DNA from: Candidatus Hermodarchaeota archaeon
GTDB lineage: Archaea; Asgardarchaeota; Lokiarchaeia; Sigyniarchaeales; SOKP01
DNA: 64,000 bases
Direction: 5' to 3'
NCBI GenBank assembly: GCA_048885925.1
Contig: JBHLLG010000001.1
Span: forward strand, 35,105-99,104
Part shown: positions 51,510 to 62,398 of the stretch, piece after piece
Layout: each line of letters begins with the position of its first letter
Position numbering within the stretch: the stretch's first letter is position 1
The notes under the pieces: model-generated
The model's input: the letters and a program-made list of their open reading frames with translations, nothing else
What the model was told of the DNA's origin: nothing
Database searches by the model: none
Program-made: the position numbers and the translations under genes

Positions 51510-52295
51510 ATGCCGAAAGAAAAGGTTAAAGATATTGAAATGTATTATGAATTGTCCGGAGAAGGTGAAAATTTACTTCTTATCCATGGTTTAGGTTCAA
51601 GTACACGCGATTGGGAATTCCAAGTTCCTAAATTTTCTCAAAACTATCAAGTTATTACTATTGATCTTCGAGGTCATGGAAAAACAGATAAACCTAAAGG
51701 ACCTTATACAATGGAAATATTTGCTGAAGATATTGCGGAATTACTAAAAAAATTAGGTATAAAATCAATACATGTTTTAGGGATCTCCATAGGAGGAGGT
51801 ATTGCTTTTCAGTTTGCTGTTAATTATCCTGATTTAGTAAAAAGCCTAATAGTCGTAAACGCTGGTATTGAAATACCCATGGATTCATTTAAGATGAAAT
51901 TAGAGGCTTTTAAACGTACATTTATAGTAAAATTAGTAGGAATGAAAAAGATGGGTAAGGTTCTTGCAACTAGATTATTCATTAAACCTGAACAAGAGGA
52001 ATTACGGGAAAAATTAATTGAAAGGTGGTCAGAAAATGATAAAAAAGCTTATCTTTCATCAATGCGGGCCTTAATTGGATGGAGTATCCGTGATAAACTT
52101 GATAAAATTACCTTTCCAACACTAATCATTGGATCAGACGAAGATTATGCACCATCCTCTGTTAAAAAAGAATATACAGCATTACTTCGCAATGCGAGGT
52201 TTATTGAGATCGAAGACGCTAGACATGCTGTTCCATTTGAGAAACCTGAAGAATTTAATGAAATCGTCATGAAATTTTTATTAGAACAATCTTAA
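51510..52295 (+). CDS. Alpha/beta hydrolase (PcaD-like)
   Basis: LLIHGLG, DLRGHG, GISIGG nucleophile elbow, D...H triad. Confidence 0.9.
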   Translation: MPKEKVKDIEMYYELSGEGENLLLIHGLGSSTRDWEFQVPKFSQNYQVITIDLRGHGKTDKPKGPYTMEIFAEDIAELLKKLGIKSIHVLGISIGGGIAFQFAVNYPDLVKSLIVVNAGIEIPMDSFKMKLEAFKRTFIVKLVGMKKMGKVLATRLFIKPEQEELREKLIERWSENDKKAYLSSMRALIGWSIRDKLDKITFPTLIIGSDEDYAPSSVKKEYTALLRNARFIEIEDARHAVPFEKPEEFNEIVMKFLLEQS

Positions 52296-52350
52296 ATGCT
52301 AAATTTAATAATTTAATTTTGATCTATATATATTTATGTGAGAATTTAAG

Positions 52351-53592
52351 ATGGTACAATCGTTTAAGATTCCTTGGGCAGCATGGTATGGTGATAAAGA
52401 TTTTATTCTGGAATTTCCAGATTCTTGGGATGTAAAAGTATTTGATATGAAAGGTGCTGATGAGTTTTCACAGAATCAAATTGAAAAGGCCATTAATAAC
52501 CCAATTGGAACTCCATCACTTATTGAACTGGCTAAAGGAAAGCAAAAGGTTGTTATCGTTGTTGAAGATATTTCAAGACCTACTCCAATGGAGAATATCT
52601 TAAATATTATTATAAATCAATTAAATTCAGTGGGCATTGAGGATGATAGAATTACTATTATTTATGCTCTTGGTTCACACCGCCCATTAAACCGAAGGGA
52701 CTCTATAAAAAAATTAGGACTAAGTATAGTAGATAGGTTTAACATCGAAAATCATCATCCATATGAAAATCTAATATATTTAGGTGAATCTCAAATGGGA
52801 ACCCCTATCTACTTGAATAAAACTTATTACGAAGCTGATCTAAAAATTGCAGTTGGAACCGTAGTTCCACATCCTTTAGCAGGATATGGTGGTGGAGCTA
52901 AAATTATTTTACCAGGGCTTTGTGGAATCCAAACCCTTGAAGCAAATCATAGAGCTGGTGTTAAGGGTAATGCAGGTGGAATAGGTTTTGTAACAGAATT
53001 GAGAAAGGACATTGAAGATGTTTGTAAAAAAGTTGGACTCGATTTTTCGATTAATATAGTATCTACAATGAGAAGAGGAATTGCAGGGATTTATGCGGGA
53101 CATTTTATTAATGCACATAGGAAAGCAATGGAAATTGGTAAAGAAGTATATTCAACTGAAATACCGCCCAATTTAAATTTAGATATCAGTTTTTTTAATC
53201 TATATCCTGAGGATACCGAATTTTCTCAAGCAATTAAAGGATTTAATTTCTATTCTAGTAGCCTTATGAAAAGAGATGGAGCAATTATTTTTCTTACAGC
53301 AGCTAGTGAAGGAAGGGGATTTCATTCATTGCAAGGTGAAACGGGAGGAAAATTGTATCAAAACTGGGGTGATTCGATTAAAATTAAATGGATCTTGAAG
53401 AACAAAAGATTTGGAATCTTTTCTCCTAATTTAAATAAAGCAGATGTTCTTCATTTTTATCCTGAAAGAACAATCTTTAAAAATGATTTCAAGGATATGG
53501 TAAAAGAGCTTGAAAGTATTTATGGGAAATTTCCAAAAGTTGGTATCTTTCCTTGCAGTATTCAATTACCAAAAGAGAACCCAAAAATGTAA
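52351..53592 (+). CDS. LarA family nickel-pincer 2-hydroxyacid racemase/epimerase
   Basis: NPIGTPSL, VEDISRPTP, ALGSHRP, VPHPLAGYGGGAKIILPG. Confidence 0.88.
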   Translation: MVQSFKIPWAAWYGDKDFILEFPDSWDVKVFDMKGADEFSQNQIEKAINNPIGTPSLIELAKGKQKVVIVVEDISRPTPMENILNIIINQLNSVGIEDDRITIIYALGSHRPLNRRDSIKKLGLSIVDRFNIENHHPYENLIYLGESQMGTPIYLNKTYYEADLKIAVGTVVPHPLAGYGGGAKIILPGLCGIQTLEANHRAGVKGNAGGIGFVTELRKDIEDVCKKVGLDFSINIVSTMRRGIAGIYAGHFINAHRKAMEIGKEVYSTEIPPNLNLDISFFNLYPEDTEFSQAIKGFNFYSSSLMKRDGAIIFLTAASEGRGFHSLQGETGGKLYQNWGDSIKIKWILKNKRFGIFSPNLNKADVLHFYPERTIFKNDFKDMVKELESIYGKFPKVGIFPCSIQLPKENPKM

Positions 53593-53646
53593 AAAGATTA
53601 AATTGAAAAATATAGTAGAATAATTATTTCTTATTTTCTTCAATAT

Positions 53647-55317
53647 TTAAAACTCAAGAATCGCCCCTTTTGCGGCAGAAGAAACGAGTTTTTTGTATTT
53701 TAAAAGTGCTTTGTTTTTAATATCTTTTTCAAGTGGTTTCCATTTTTTTAATCGTTCTTGTAGGTCATTATTAGAAATTTCTACATCAAGATTTCTGTTG
53801 GGAATGTCAATATTAATTAAATCACCATCTTTAATTACAGCAATTGGTCCACCTACATAAGCTTCTGGGCTTATATGACCAATACATGGACCAGAAGTAG
53901 CACCTGAAAAACGACCATCAGTAACTAATGCAACAAGATCTAAATCACGCTTTCTAACTAGAGTCATTGTAATAGCTAACATTTCAGGCATTCCTGGACC
54001 CCCCTTTGGACCTTCATACCTAATTATTATTACTGAACCATTTGAAACTTGATTTGAAGTTAAGGCATCTATAGCTTCTTGTTCACCATTAAAGCATATT
54101 GCAGGCCCCTTAAACTTTAACATTTTTTGATTATTTACAGCTGATTGCTTTATTACTGCTCCTTCTGGTGCTAAATTACCTTTTAAAATAACAGTCCCCC
54201 CTTCTAGAAAAATCGGGTTGTTTAATGGTCTAATTACCTTTTCATCTAAAACTTTAATTTTTCTAATAGATTCTCCAATTTTTTTTCCAGAAACAGTTAA
54301 ACAATCTAAATGAAGAAAATCTTTTAATCTACTTAAAACCGCAGGGACTCCTCCTGCATTGTACAAATCTACAATACCGTAATCTCCCGATGGAACAACA
54401 TTTACTATTGTTGGTATCTTTTTACTATATTCGTTAAAAAGTGCCAAATCAAGATTAATTCCCATCTCATTCGCAATTGCAGGTAAATGTAAAGTCGAAT
54501 TAGTAGATCCTCCAATTGCTAAATCAACCATTATAACGTTTTCTAAAGATTTTTTCGTCATAATTTGAGATGGAGTTATATCTTTTTCTAAAAGCTCAAT
54601 AATTTTTCTTCCCGAATTTTTAGCGATCATATATTTCATTTGAGTCATTGCTGGAATCGTTGCAGCATTTGGTAAAGTCATTCCAAAAGCTTCCATTAAA
54701 CACTGAGTAGTGTTAGCTGTGCCCATTAATTCACAAGCACCATATGTTGCACACGAATGGCAACCGATAATATGAGTAGGATCAGTATAATTTTTCTGGG
54801 CAATTCCTTTATAACCTGTCATGAATCTTATTTCGTATAAATTCGGTCCACCTGGTACGCAAATTGTTGGAATATCAAGTCGAACTGCCGCCATTAAAAT
54901 TGCAGGATTTATTTTATCACAGCTAGAAATTGTGACCATAGCATCAAATTTATGAGCCTCTATCATTAATTCAATTGAGTCTGCAATTACTTCTCTCTGA
55001 GGCAAAATGTTACGCATACCTTCAAATCCCATCGCAATTCCATCACAAGGAGCAACTGTGCAGAACTCAAAAGGCACCCCACCTGCTTCAATAACTCCAT
55101 ATTTTACGGCTTCTGAAAGGATTCTTAAATGTTTATGGCCAGGATTAATTTCATTCCAAGTATTTACAACTGCAATGAATGGCTTATTTTCAATCTCTTC
55201 GTTATCAAGTCCTAATCCTTTCAATAATCCCAATTTTCCATATTTCATTGGTGTTTTTTTAATCCCTTCAAAAATACTTTTACTTCTCTTTTTTAAATCA
55301 ACTTCTTCATTAGTCAT
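53647..55317 (-). CDS. ilvD: IlvD/Edd family dihydroxy-acid dehydratase
   Basis: NPGHKHL, CDG, CDKINP, MGTANT, GGSTN, GPKGGPGMPEM, TDGRFSG, GHISPEA. Confidence 0.92.
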   Translation of the reverse strand: MTNEEVDLKKRSKSIFEGIKKTPMKYGKLGLLKGLGLDNEEIENKPFIAVVNTWNEINPGHKHLRILSEAVKYGVIEAGGVPFEFCTVAPCDGIAMGFEGMRNILPQREVIADSIELMIEAHKFDAMVTISSCDKINPAILMAAVRLDIPTICVPGGPNLYEIRFMTGYKGIAQKNYTDPTHIIGCHSCATYGACELMGTANTTQCLMEAFGMTLPNAATIPAMTQMKYMIAKNSGRKIIELLEKDITPSQIMTKKSLENVIMVDLAIGGSTNSTLHLPAIANEMGINLDLALFNEYSKKIPTIVNVVPSGDYGIVDLYNAGGVPAVLSRLKDFLHLDCLTVSGKKIGESIRKIKVLDEKVIRPLNNPIFLEGGTVILKGNLAPEGAVIKQSAVNNQKMLKFKGPAICFNGEQEAIDALTSNQVSNGSVIIIRYEGPKGGPGMPEMLAITMTLVRKRDLDLVALVTDGRFSGATSGPCIGHISPEAYVGGPIAVIKDGDLINIDIPNRNLDVEISNNDLQERLKKWKPLEKDIKNKALLKYKKLVSSAAKGAILEF

Positions 55318-55426
55318 ATTTTTTCAGACATTTTCAAAAATTTATTATTATGCAATATAAATTGTTTTAAATTATATCTCTATTCATGTACTTTTCCATC
55401 AAATAGTCAAATTGAAAGAAGAAAAC

Positions 55427-56221
55427 TTACTTGATTCTTATTTTATCAAAAGTGTTTTTTATTAATTTATTTATAGCTAAAACACTTTTTGATTTTTCAG
55501 GGATAGTAATTATAGGTTTACCTTCTAACTCAAATTCTGTTATTATGTCATCTTCTGGGACTTCTATCCACAGAGGTAAATTTAGTTCTTTAAGTTTTTT
55601 TTTAATATGATTTATATCTCCTTTAGCTCTATTTAGGACAACGCCTAATTCTTTATAATTAGTAAACTTTTTTGCACTTTCGCGTATAGCAACAGCAGTT
55701 TCAATGCTCCTAATTGAGATATCTGAAACAATTAAAACTATGTCAACAGATTCTATAACCATTCGATTAATTTGTTCAAGTCCCGCTTCACAATCAATTA
55801 AAACTATATCAAAATCTTTAGAAATTGAACCAATCACCTTTCTTAAGAGAGTATTTGAAGGACAGAAACAACCAGGTCCCTCAGGTTGTCCTATAGAGAA
55901 TAAGCTAAATTCCTTACTTTCAGTTATTGCATTATATACTTCTAAATCAATATTTTCTGCTACTTTCTCGAAATCTGTTGCTTTGGTCAGAATTTCATCA
56001 ATAACTTCTACTCTTAGTTTCTCGAGACTTTTTTCTGGGATTAAATTTACTATATGGCTCAAGTGTGGATGAGTTGGGTCAGCATCTATTAATAACATTT
56101 TAAATTTATATGATTTTGAAATACCTTTCGCTAAGAGAGCTGTTATAACCGTTTTACCAGAACCTCCCTTTCCTACAACTGAAATTGTCAATGGTTTATC
56201 AAAATGAATTACATTTTTCAT
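55427..56221 (-). CDS. cooC: CooC/AcsF-type nickel-insertion ATPase
   Basis: GKGGSGKT, IDADP, GCFC, DCEAGLE. Confidence 0.88.
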   Translation of the reverse strand: MKNVIHFDKPLTISVVGKGGSGKTVITALLAKGISKSYKFKMLLIDADPTHPHLSHIVNLIPEKSLEKLRVEVIDEILTKATDFEKVAENIDLEVYNAITESKEFSLFSIGQPEGPGCFCPSNTLLRKVIGSISKDFDIVLIDCEAGLEQINRMVIESVDIVLIVSDISIRSIETAVAIRESAKKFTNYKELGVVLNRAKGDINHIKKKLKELNLPLWIEVPEDDIITEFELEGKPIITIPEKSKSVLAINKLIKNTFDKIRIK

Positions 56222-56248
56222 CTTAAAAGTACCAAATATCCTTTTATG

Positions 56249-57031
56249 TTATTTCGCAATTTTTTCTCTTTCAACTAAGACTTGTTTAATTCCATAACAT
56301 TCTTGTTGATATGGACAAATCTCACATCCCCAATCGTATTCACAATCGATTCTTTTTTTCCACTCTTCTACTTTTTTTATCCATTTTTTATTTTGAGCAA
56401 TACTAATTTTAGAAGAAATTTCTATAATTTCATCAATTAAAGCGGGATAAGAATTTATAAAAAAAATCTCCATAGATCCAATTAAATCATTAAATCTTTG
56501 CTTATATAAATAGAAAATTGCATTTCCTAAAAATTCAAACGAAAAATATGGTCTTATGGTCTTACTTGTTCGACACCAAAATTTTCTTGGAACAGTTCTT
56601 ATTAAAAATCCCTCAACACCATTTGATATAAGATTAAATTGTTTTAAAGATTCAAAATCCTTTTCGTTAAAATTTTTTGTCCCAATTAAGATTATGATTC
56701 CAAAATCGGTAGATAAATCCAATATTTCCTTACTTTCTAGTCCAATTAGTGTAATTCTCCCGTCCTTTATGTGATTAATGAAATCTAGGTCTGAAGAGGG
56801 ATAAACTAAAGAAAAAGACTTTCTCTTGACACCTCCTAATTCAAGTGAAGTTTCATCTTCAAGAATTATATCTTTGTGCTTATCTAATTCAACTTTGATT
56901 TTCAAATGTTCAAAAAATTTGAGAGGATTTGGATTTTTTTCATAAATGATTACATTTTTCCCTTTTTGAGATTCAGAGTTTATTAAGTTTCTTAAATCAT
57001 CAAGAAATTCTAAAAATAATTTAATTTTCAT
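56249..57031 (-). CDS. Short acetyl-CoA synthase beta-subunit (CdhC/AcsB) domain-like protein with a C-terminal Cys cluster
   Basis: IILEDETSLELGG...SFSLV, DGRITLIG, GFLIRTVP..FWCR, CEYDWGCEICPYQQEC. Confidence 0.6.
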   Translation of the reverse strand: MKIKLFLEFLDDLRNLINSESQKGKNVIIYEKNPNPLKFFEHLKIKVELDKHKDIILEDETSLELGGVKRKSFSLVYPSSDLDFINHIKDGRITLIGLESKEILDLSTDFGIIILIGTKNFNEKDFESLKQFNLISNGVEGFLIRTVPRKFWCRTSKTIRPYFSFEFLGNAIFYLYKQRFNDLIGSMEIFFINSYPALIDEIIEISSKISIAQNKKWIKKVEEWKKRIDCEYDWGCEICPYQQECYGIKQVLVEREKIAK

Positions 57032-57083
57032 ATAATTTCAATTATAGATCTATAAGAATAATAAAAATAGAAGATTAATAGTT

Positions 57084-58355
57084 TTAACTCTTAATTGCTT
57101 TATGTACTAATTCTGACAAATCATAAGTTTTTATTTCATTGTTTTTAATATTAGCCTTGAATTGGTTTAAACAGAAAGGGCAGCAAGATATCAATGCATC
57201 AGCAGTTGTTTCTTTCGCTTCTTTAATTCTTTCATTTGCAGCAAAACTAGATAAATCTTTAAATGCTGACCTCACACCTCCCCCAGAACCACAACACCAA
57301 GCATTATGTCTGTTTCTTGGCATTTCTATCAATTCTATTCCAGGAATATTTTTCAATACATCTCTTGGAGGTTCATAAATCCCCATGTGGCGTCCAATAT
57401 GGCAAGGATCGTGATAGGTTATTTTCATTTCTAAATTGTTCTTAAATTCTAACTTATTATTATTTAATTTCTCTAATAAAAACTCGGGTAAATGAAGTAC
57501 CTCAATACCGTGATCTAGTCCAAACTTATTAGGATATGTGTCTTTCAAGGTTCGATAGCAACCAGCACAAGAAGTAATAATCTTTTCAATTCCTTCCTTT
57601 TTGAAAATTTCTATATTATTTTCAGCAATCTTTTTTGCTTGATTAGCCTGCCCAGTCATATATACTGGAGATCCACAACAACGCTCATCCTTTAAAATTT
57701 TAAAATCAATTTGAATTAAATTTAATATTTCAGCTGTAGCCTTAGCTATGTCTTGTTCTCTATAACTGGTTGTGCAACCCACAAAGTAAGCTAATTTTGC
57801 ATTTTGATTTTGTTTAATATTGGATGTCAGCCAATTTTTGCGATCTTTATGCTTTCCTATATAAGGATTATATTCTAACGAAATATGCTCTGAATATTGT
57901 CTTTGTTCTGGCATGGGTCCTAGCCCTTTTTGAACAGCTTCTTCTCTCATTGCCATTAGCCATTCTCCTGCATAATGATGAATTTCAGGGATTTGACATT
58001 GTTGAGTACAAGCTAAGCATAGCGAACATTGATAAAATATTCTTGATAGATTTTCAGTCCAATTCAAACGATCCGAAGAAACTGCCCATGAGAGTAGATT
58101 TTTCCCTCCTAAATAGTAAGCTTCGAATTTTCCGTATTCTCCAGAGGGACAAACGCGATACCAACCTTCTTCTTGAAAACCAGTCCTACAAGTTCCACAT
58201 TTTCCACATTGATAAAGAATATCTTTATAATATTCTAAAGTTTTATTTCTTTCTAATGAAATTCGATCTGCAAATATATCTAATTCAGTTATTCCTGTAC
58301 CTTTAATATATTTCAAATTCTTTTCTTTTTCCAAATCAATTACCTCCAATTCCAT
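57084..58355 (-). CDS. Fe-S oxidoreductase with CCG domains (GlcF/HdrD-like)
   Basis: CGKCGTC, CSLCLACTQQC, YFVGC, CCGSP, TYHDPCH, CCGSGGG. Confidence 0.9.
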   Translation of the reverse strand: MELEVIDLEKEKNLKYIKGTGITELDIFADRISLERNKTLEYYKDILYQCGKCGTCRTGFQEEGWYRVCPSGEYGKFEAYYLGGKNLLSWAVSSDRLNWTENLSRIFYQCSLCLACTQQCQIPEIHHYAGEWLMAMREEAVQKGLGPMPEQRQYSEHISLEYNPYIGKHKDRKNWLTSNIKQNQNAKLAYFVGCTTSYREQDIAKATAEILNLIQIDFKILKDERCCGSPVYMTGQANQAKKIAENNIEIFKKEGIEKIITSCAGCYRTLKDTYPNKFGLDHGIEVLHLPEFLLEKLNNNKLEFKNNLEMKITYHDPCHIGRHMGIYEPPRDVLKNIPGIELIEMPRNRHNAWCCGSGGGVRSAFKDLSSFAANERIKEAKETTADALISCCPFCLNQFKANIKNNEIKTYDLSELVHKAIKS

Positions 58356-59811
58356 GACCCGGATTCATTATTCCATTAGGATCGAGAAGATTTTTAAGTT
58401 TTTCAATCAATTTAGTTGTAGCAGGATGGGTTTTACTTTTGTAATGTTCTACTACCCATAATGGGGCTTTATACATTATAGCACCATCTAACTGTTGGAC
58501 TGCATCATGAATTTCTTTTAATACTAGTCTTGCTTTTTTAATATCCTCGGGATCATTTTTATTAAAACAGACGTTTGTGCGAGCAACACAATAATGACCT
58601 CCAAACAGAATTCTACTGTAAAATTGAGGTGGTTTACCGTGCTTAAGACAAACTTCTCTTGATAAATTATAATATTTTACGATATCGCGTGTAGAACAAT
58701 AAGATCCGATCCATTCACCCCCCCCACCTCGTGCAAAATTCCAACAACCCCATCCTTGAAAAGGAGTCTGACCACCTGTAGCGGGAGTTAAATTCGCAAA
58801 AATACCTCTCATATCTTTTGGAAAGGTTTTTAATTGAATATCAGAAGGTAAAGGATCTATTTTGTATTCTCTACAAATAGATTCAATAGCTTTACATTGT
58901 GCTTTATGTTGATCTTCTGTGAAGGCTTGAGTAGTTATAAGTCCTAAGAAATCTGGGAGACCTAAAGCAACTGGATCAATAGCTACATTTTTTTCAGAAA
59001 AGCCTTGCATAGCTTGTGTCCATCCCATATTAAGGAAAACAAGATCACAGATTCCTAAACCAGCTTTTGAAAGTTTAAGCATCATAGGGACTCCAATTTC
59101 TACTTTGGAGCCAATAGGCATGTAATCAGTTCGATAAGGTAATTTGGGCCATAATTTAATAGCACCTTTGGTGACTATTCCTGTTGCTCCTTCCCACCCT
59201 ATAAACAATCCAGCTAAATCAGGTAATGGTTGTCTCCCATACCAATGATTTGAAAGACTACAAGAACCTACCTTTATTAATTCACCAGAACCTAACACAA
59301 CTTCCATTCCATTTATAAATTCTGCTCCAGTTCCACCTATCATTCCAAGATCAAACATCCCATAACACAAACAAGAAGGAATGACACCAGTCCCTGGAGG
59401 TGAAAAAGTAATTCCTGCTCTAAAATTAGGATGATACTTATCTAAATATCCTTTTAAATCCGCCCAAGTAATTCCTCCTTCTACGACAATATACATATCA
59501 TCTTCATTTACTTCAAGTACTCGATTCATGCGCCTTAAATCAACAACGATACCTCCTTTTCGAGGGTTTGCAATAGAACCGAAATTTATTCCAGAAACCC
59601 AAGGCACTATCGGAATTTTATATTTATTTGCAATTTTAACAATCTCTTGAACCTCTTCGGCAGCTTTTGGCATAATTGCAATATCACAATGACCTTCAGG
59701 TTCTGCAGTTATAAAGTCATAATGATAGAGAAATTGTATCTCAGGTTCATCTGAAACATATTTATTTCCAACGATTTGTTCTAATTCTGCTATAACTTTA
59801 CGTTCAATCAT
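58336..59811 (-). CDS. FAD-binding 2-hydroxyacid oxidoreductase (GlcD/D-lactate dehydrogenase-like)
   Basis: P..AEEVQEIVKIAN, GGIVVDLRRMN, DLAGLFIGWEGATGIVT, DPNGIMNPG; overlaps the downstream gene by 20 nt. Confidence 0.88.
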   Translation of the reverse strand: MIERKVIAELEQIVGNKYVSDEPEIQFLYHYDFITAEPEGHCDIAIMPKAAEEVQEIVKIANKYKIPIVPWVSGINFGSIANPRKGGIVVDLRRMNRVLEVNEDDMYIVVEGGITWADLKGYLDKYHPNFRAGITFSPPGTGVIPSCLCYGMFDLGMIGGTGAEFINGMEVVLGSGELIKVGSCSLSNHWYGRQPLPDLAGLFIGWEGATGIVTKGAIKLWPKLPYRTDYMPIGSKVEIGVPMMLKLSKAGLGICDLVFLNMGWTQAMQGFSEKNVAIDPVALGLPDFLGLITTQAFTEDQHKAQCKAIESICREYKIDPLPSDIQLKTFPKDMRGIFANLTPATGGQTPFQGWGCWNFARGGGGEWIGSYCSTRDIVKYYNLSREVCLKHGKPPQFYSRILFGGHYCVARTNVCFNKNDPEDIKKARLVLKEIHDAVQQLDGAIMYKAPLWVVEHYKSKTHPATTKLIEKLKNLLDPNGIMNPGHGIGGN

Positions 59812-59911
59812 TTTTGGAAACCTTATTCAAATTAAATTAATTCATTTTTTATGAAGATAATTTGTTATAATAATTATTATATTTAAAATACTTATATTTA
59901 TAATTTTAAAC

Positions 59912-61201
59912 TCACATAAGAGTTTGAGCGAATAGTTTAATTTTTTCTTTCATAACCTTCAAGGGGGTAAAACGTTTATCTCCAACATCAAATTCAATAA
60001 GAAGCATTGGAATTCCCAATTCATCCATAAGAGCTTCTCTTAATAATTGTGGAAATGATCCAAATTGTTTACATGCTAAGCTTTGAGTATAAATAAAACA
60101 ATCAGCACTAAATTCTTTTGCCATTCTTAGACAATCTTCGAGTGTGGTATAATAAAAATCAGTAGATTGTTTAACCATTGGCCACCCCATCGATTTTTTC
60201 GCCATATCATAAAACATTTTATCTAAATCTGATTTAGTATTAATTGGATCAGAAAAGTTATAATTAAAAATATCAAAGAGGATACTCATACCTAATTCTC
60301 TATCTAACCATTCACAAAGAGAAATATCGAAGTAAGTAACCATATAAGGCCAAATAGATCTTATCTTTTCTTCTCCACCATAATGCTCTTTTGCTTTATA
60401 TCTTTTTTTTGTGATTTTAAGCATTTCCTCATAAAAAGATAAATTTTCATATGTTCCAGAAATTTGAATGGATATCCCCGCAGAGACTGCATTATACATA
60501 TTTGAAATAGGACTAGGTATTGCTTTTGTTAATTCAAATATTTCTAATCTAATCTGTTGCACTTGATTTTCTATTTCAATAAATTTTTTCATTTTTTCAA
60601 AATCTGGTACTTGTCCAATGATTTTTCCAAGATCAATTAAACCATTTTTGATCTGCTCACCATGATATCTAAAACTACTTTCATCTTTTCGAAAAGGCAT
60701 ATCTGCAATAATTAAAGGAATCTTTTTCTCATACATGAAGAAAGGATATGAAGCACATGTATTATCACAAGGTCCAGTTGGGATAAAAATTGCATCAAAT
60801 TTGAAAAGATCATCTAATGTCATCCCCATTGGACCTTTTTGAGCTGTACAAGTATGAAATGGATGCCCCCAATTTTCCATTAAATCATAATATTTTTCAA
60901 TACCATTCAATAACATAGTTGCTAAATAGTATCCCGTTCCTTCAAGACATACAGGCATACAGTCAAAACATGAAAGATATTCAGCAGGAAGGGCAAAATG
61001 ATATCCAACTATTGGAATGCCATCTCTTGCCTTTTTAAGACTTCTTTCCAAAGCAGATCTCACTTTTTCTAAACCAATCCTCAATACAGGCATCCCATTT
61101 TCTGGAAGAATTCCCTTAACTAATTGTTCTGTTGTTGAGACAGCTTCATATAGCATCCTGACTGGTATTACTCTATTCTCTTGATTATAAGGTTCTCCCA
61201 T
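59912..61201 (-). CDS. 2-hydroxyacyl-CoA dehydratase subunit (HgdA/FldB-like)
   Basis: HTC...KG, PCD, ACKQF, IPMLLIEFDVGD. Confidence 0.82.
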   Translation of the reverse strand: MGEPYNQENRVIPVRMLYEAVSTTEQLVKGILPENGMPVLRIGLEKVRSALERSLKKARDGIPIVGYHFALPAEYLSCFDCMPVCLEGTGYYLATMLLNGIEKYYDLMENWGHPFHTCTAQKGPMGMTLDDLFKFDAIFIPTGPCDNTCASYPFFMYEKKIPLIIADMPFRKDESSFRYHGEQIKNGLIDLGKIIGQVPDFEKMKKFIEIENQVQQIRLEIFELTKAIPSPISNMYNAVSAGISIQISGTYENLSFYEEMLKITKKRYKAKEHYGGEEKIRSIWPYMVTYFDISLCEWLDRELGMSILFDIFNYNFSDPINTKSDLDKMFYDMAKKSMGWPMVKQSTDFYYTTLEDCLRMAKEFSADCFIYTQSLACKQFGSFPQLLREALMDELGIPMLLIEFDVGDKRFTPLKVMKEKIKLFAQTLM

Positions 61202-61237
61202 TCTCTTTCACATCTTTTTTAATTAAATTTTTATGAT

Positions 61238-62389
61238 TTATGATATCATTTCAACAAAAGCCTCTATCCTAGTCTGTAACCTTTTTGTATCTACTTGAAA
61301 AAATTCTCTATCGATATTTAGAATCGGTATATCTAATTCTTTTAATTCATGTGCTAACATCATATTGTCACAGCCTACTAAATCACAGTTATTGATTCTT
61401 TGCAATATTATTCCATCAATATTTGCTCTTTTAATCTCATTTTTCATAAATTCTAACCTTCTAATATGATCATTCATCATTCTCGGGCATGACACTCTGT
61501 AATAAAGCCTTTTCGCAATACATTCTAATAGATTATTACTATTGTTGATTATTACATCATCTAAGAAATTACGGGTTCCAAAACATAAGAAATCTGATAT
61601 TATTATAGCGCCAGATTTCTCTATAAGCTTAGTGAAAGTAATGTCATCAATTTCGCTCCCAATTAATATTATTCTCTTTGCATCAGTTTTTATTCCTTCA
61701 CTTTCTTTTAAAATATTAAAAATTCTACTTAATTCCTTATTAGCAAGATCTTTCGGAACTGAGGCATTTGCTATTGACAATTTTAAAGCTTCAGTTCCAT
61801 TTAATTTAGGAGAGTCTAAAATCTGTAATTCATGAATACATCTTAAAAGTTTCCGATTCATATTGTGAAGTTCTATGGATGATCGAAGTTTCACTTCTGT
61901 AATTGACTTTTTGATGAAATTTTTCTCAATATTCTCTCTGAATTCTTTAATCTCTTTTTTATACCATTCAAAACCTTCATCTGTTATAACATGGGGCATA
62001 GAGAGATAAAATCTTGGAACTTGTTTTATAAAATTCTCTCGTTTGAACACTTTTAAATCGAATAATTCAAACATTCTACGAGAATGATCACATGAATTAC
62101 ACACGAATAGAGCATCTAAAAAATCATAAATACCTCTTAAAGCCATATCCAATGTTGCTCTAATAAATGAACAAGTAAATCTGACCATATAAATATCAGC
62201 TAAATCAGTATGTTCATGTCCAGTTGCTCTAATTCTAAAAGGTAATAAATCAGCTGCGTACAATAATTCTTCAGGAATATAAGTACAATAGTGACCTATA
62301 ACCATCTTGTTATTCTCTTGCCATTCAGTTATATATGGATTGATTATCGTGTGTGAAATATTCAAAAAGGGATCATTTTCTAAACTCAT
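61238..62389 (-). CDS. 2-hydroxyacyl-CoA dehydratase subunit (HgdB/FldC-like)
   Basis: CTYIPEELLYAA, CSF, NSCD..RR, CFGTR, CPRM, TRIEAFVEMI. Confidence 0.88.
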   Translation of the reverse strand: MSLENDPFLNISHTIINPYITEWQENNKMVIGHYCTYIPEELLYAADLLPFRIRATGHEHTDLADIYMVRFTCSFIRATLDMALRGIYDFLDALFVCNSCDHSRRMFELFDLKVFKRENFIKQVPRFYLSMPHVITDEGFEWYKKEIKEFRENIEKNFIKKSITEVKLRSSIELHNMNRKLLRCIHELQILDSPKLNGTEALKLSIANASVPKDLANKELSRIFNILKESEGIKTDAKRIILIGSEIDDITFTKLIEKSGAIIISDFLCFGTRNFLDDVIINNSNNLLECIAKRLYYRVSCPRMMNDHIRRLEFMKNEIKRANIDGIILQRINNCDLVGCDNMMLAHELKELDIPILNIDREFFQVDTKRLQTRIEAFVEMIS

Positions 62390-62398
62390 TTAAGAACC

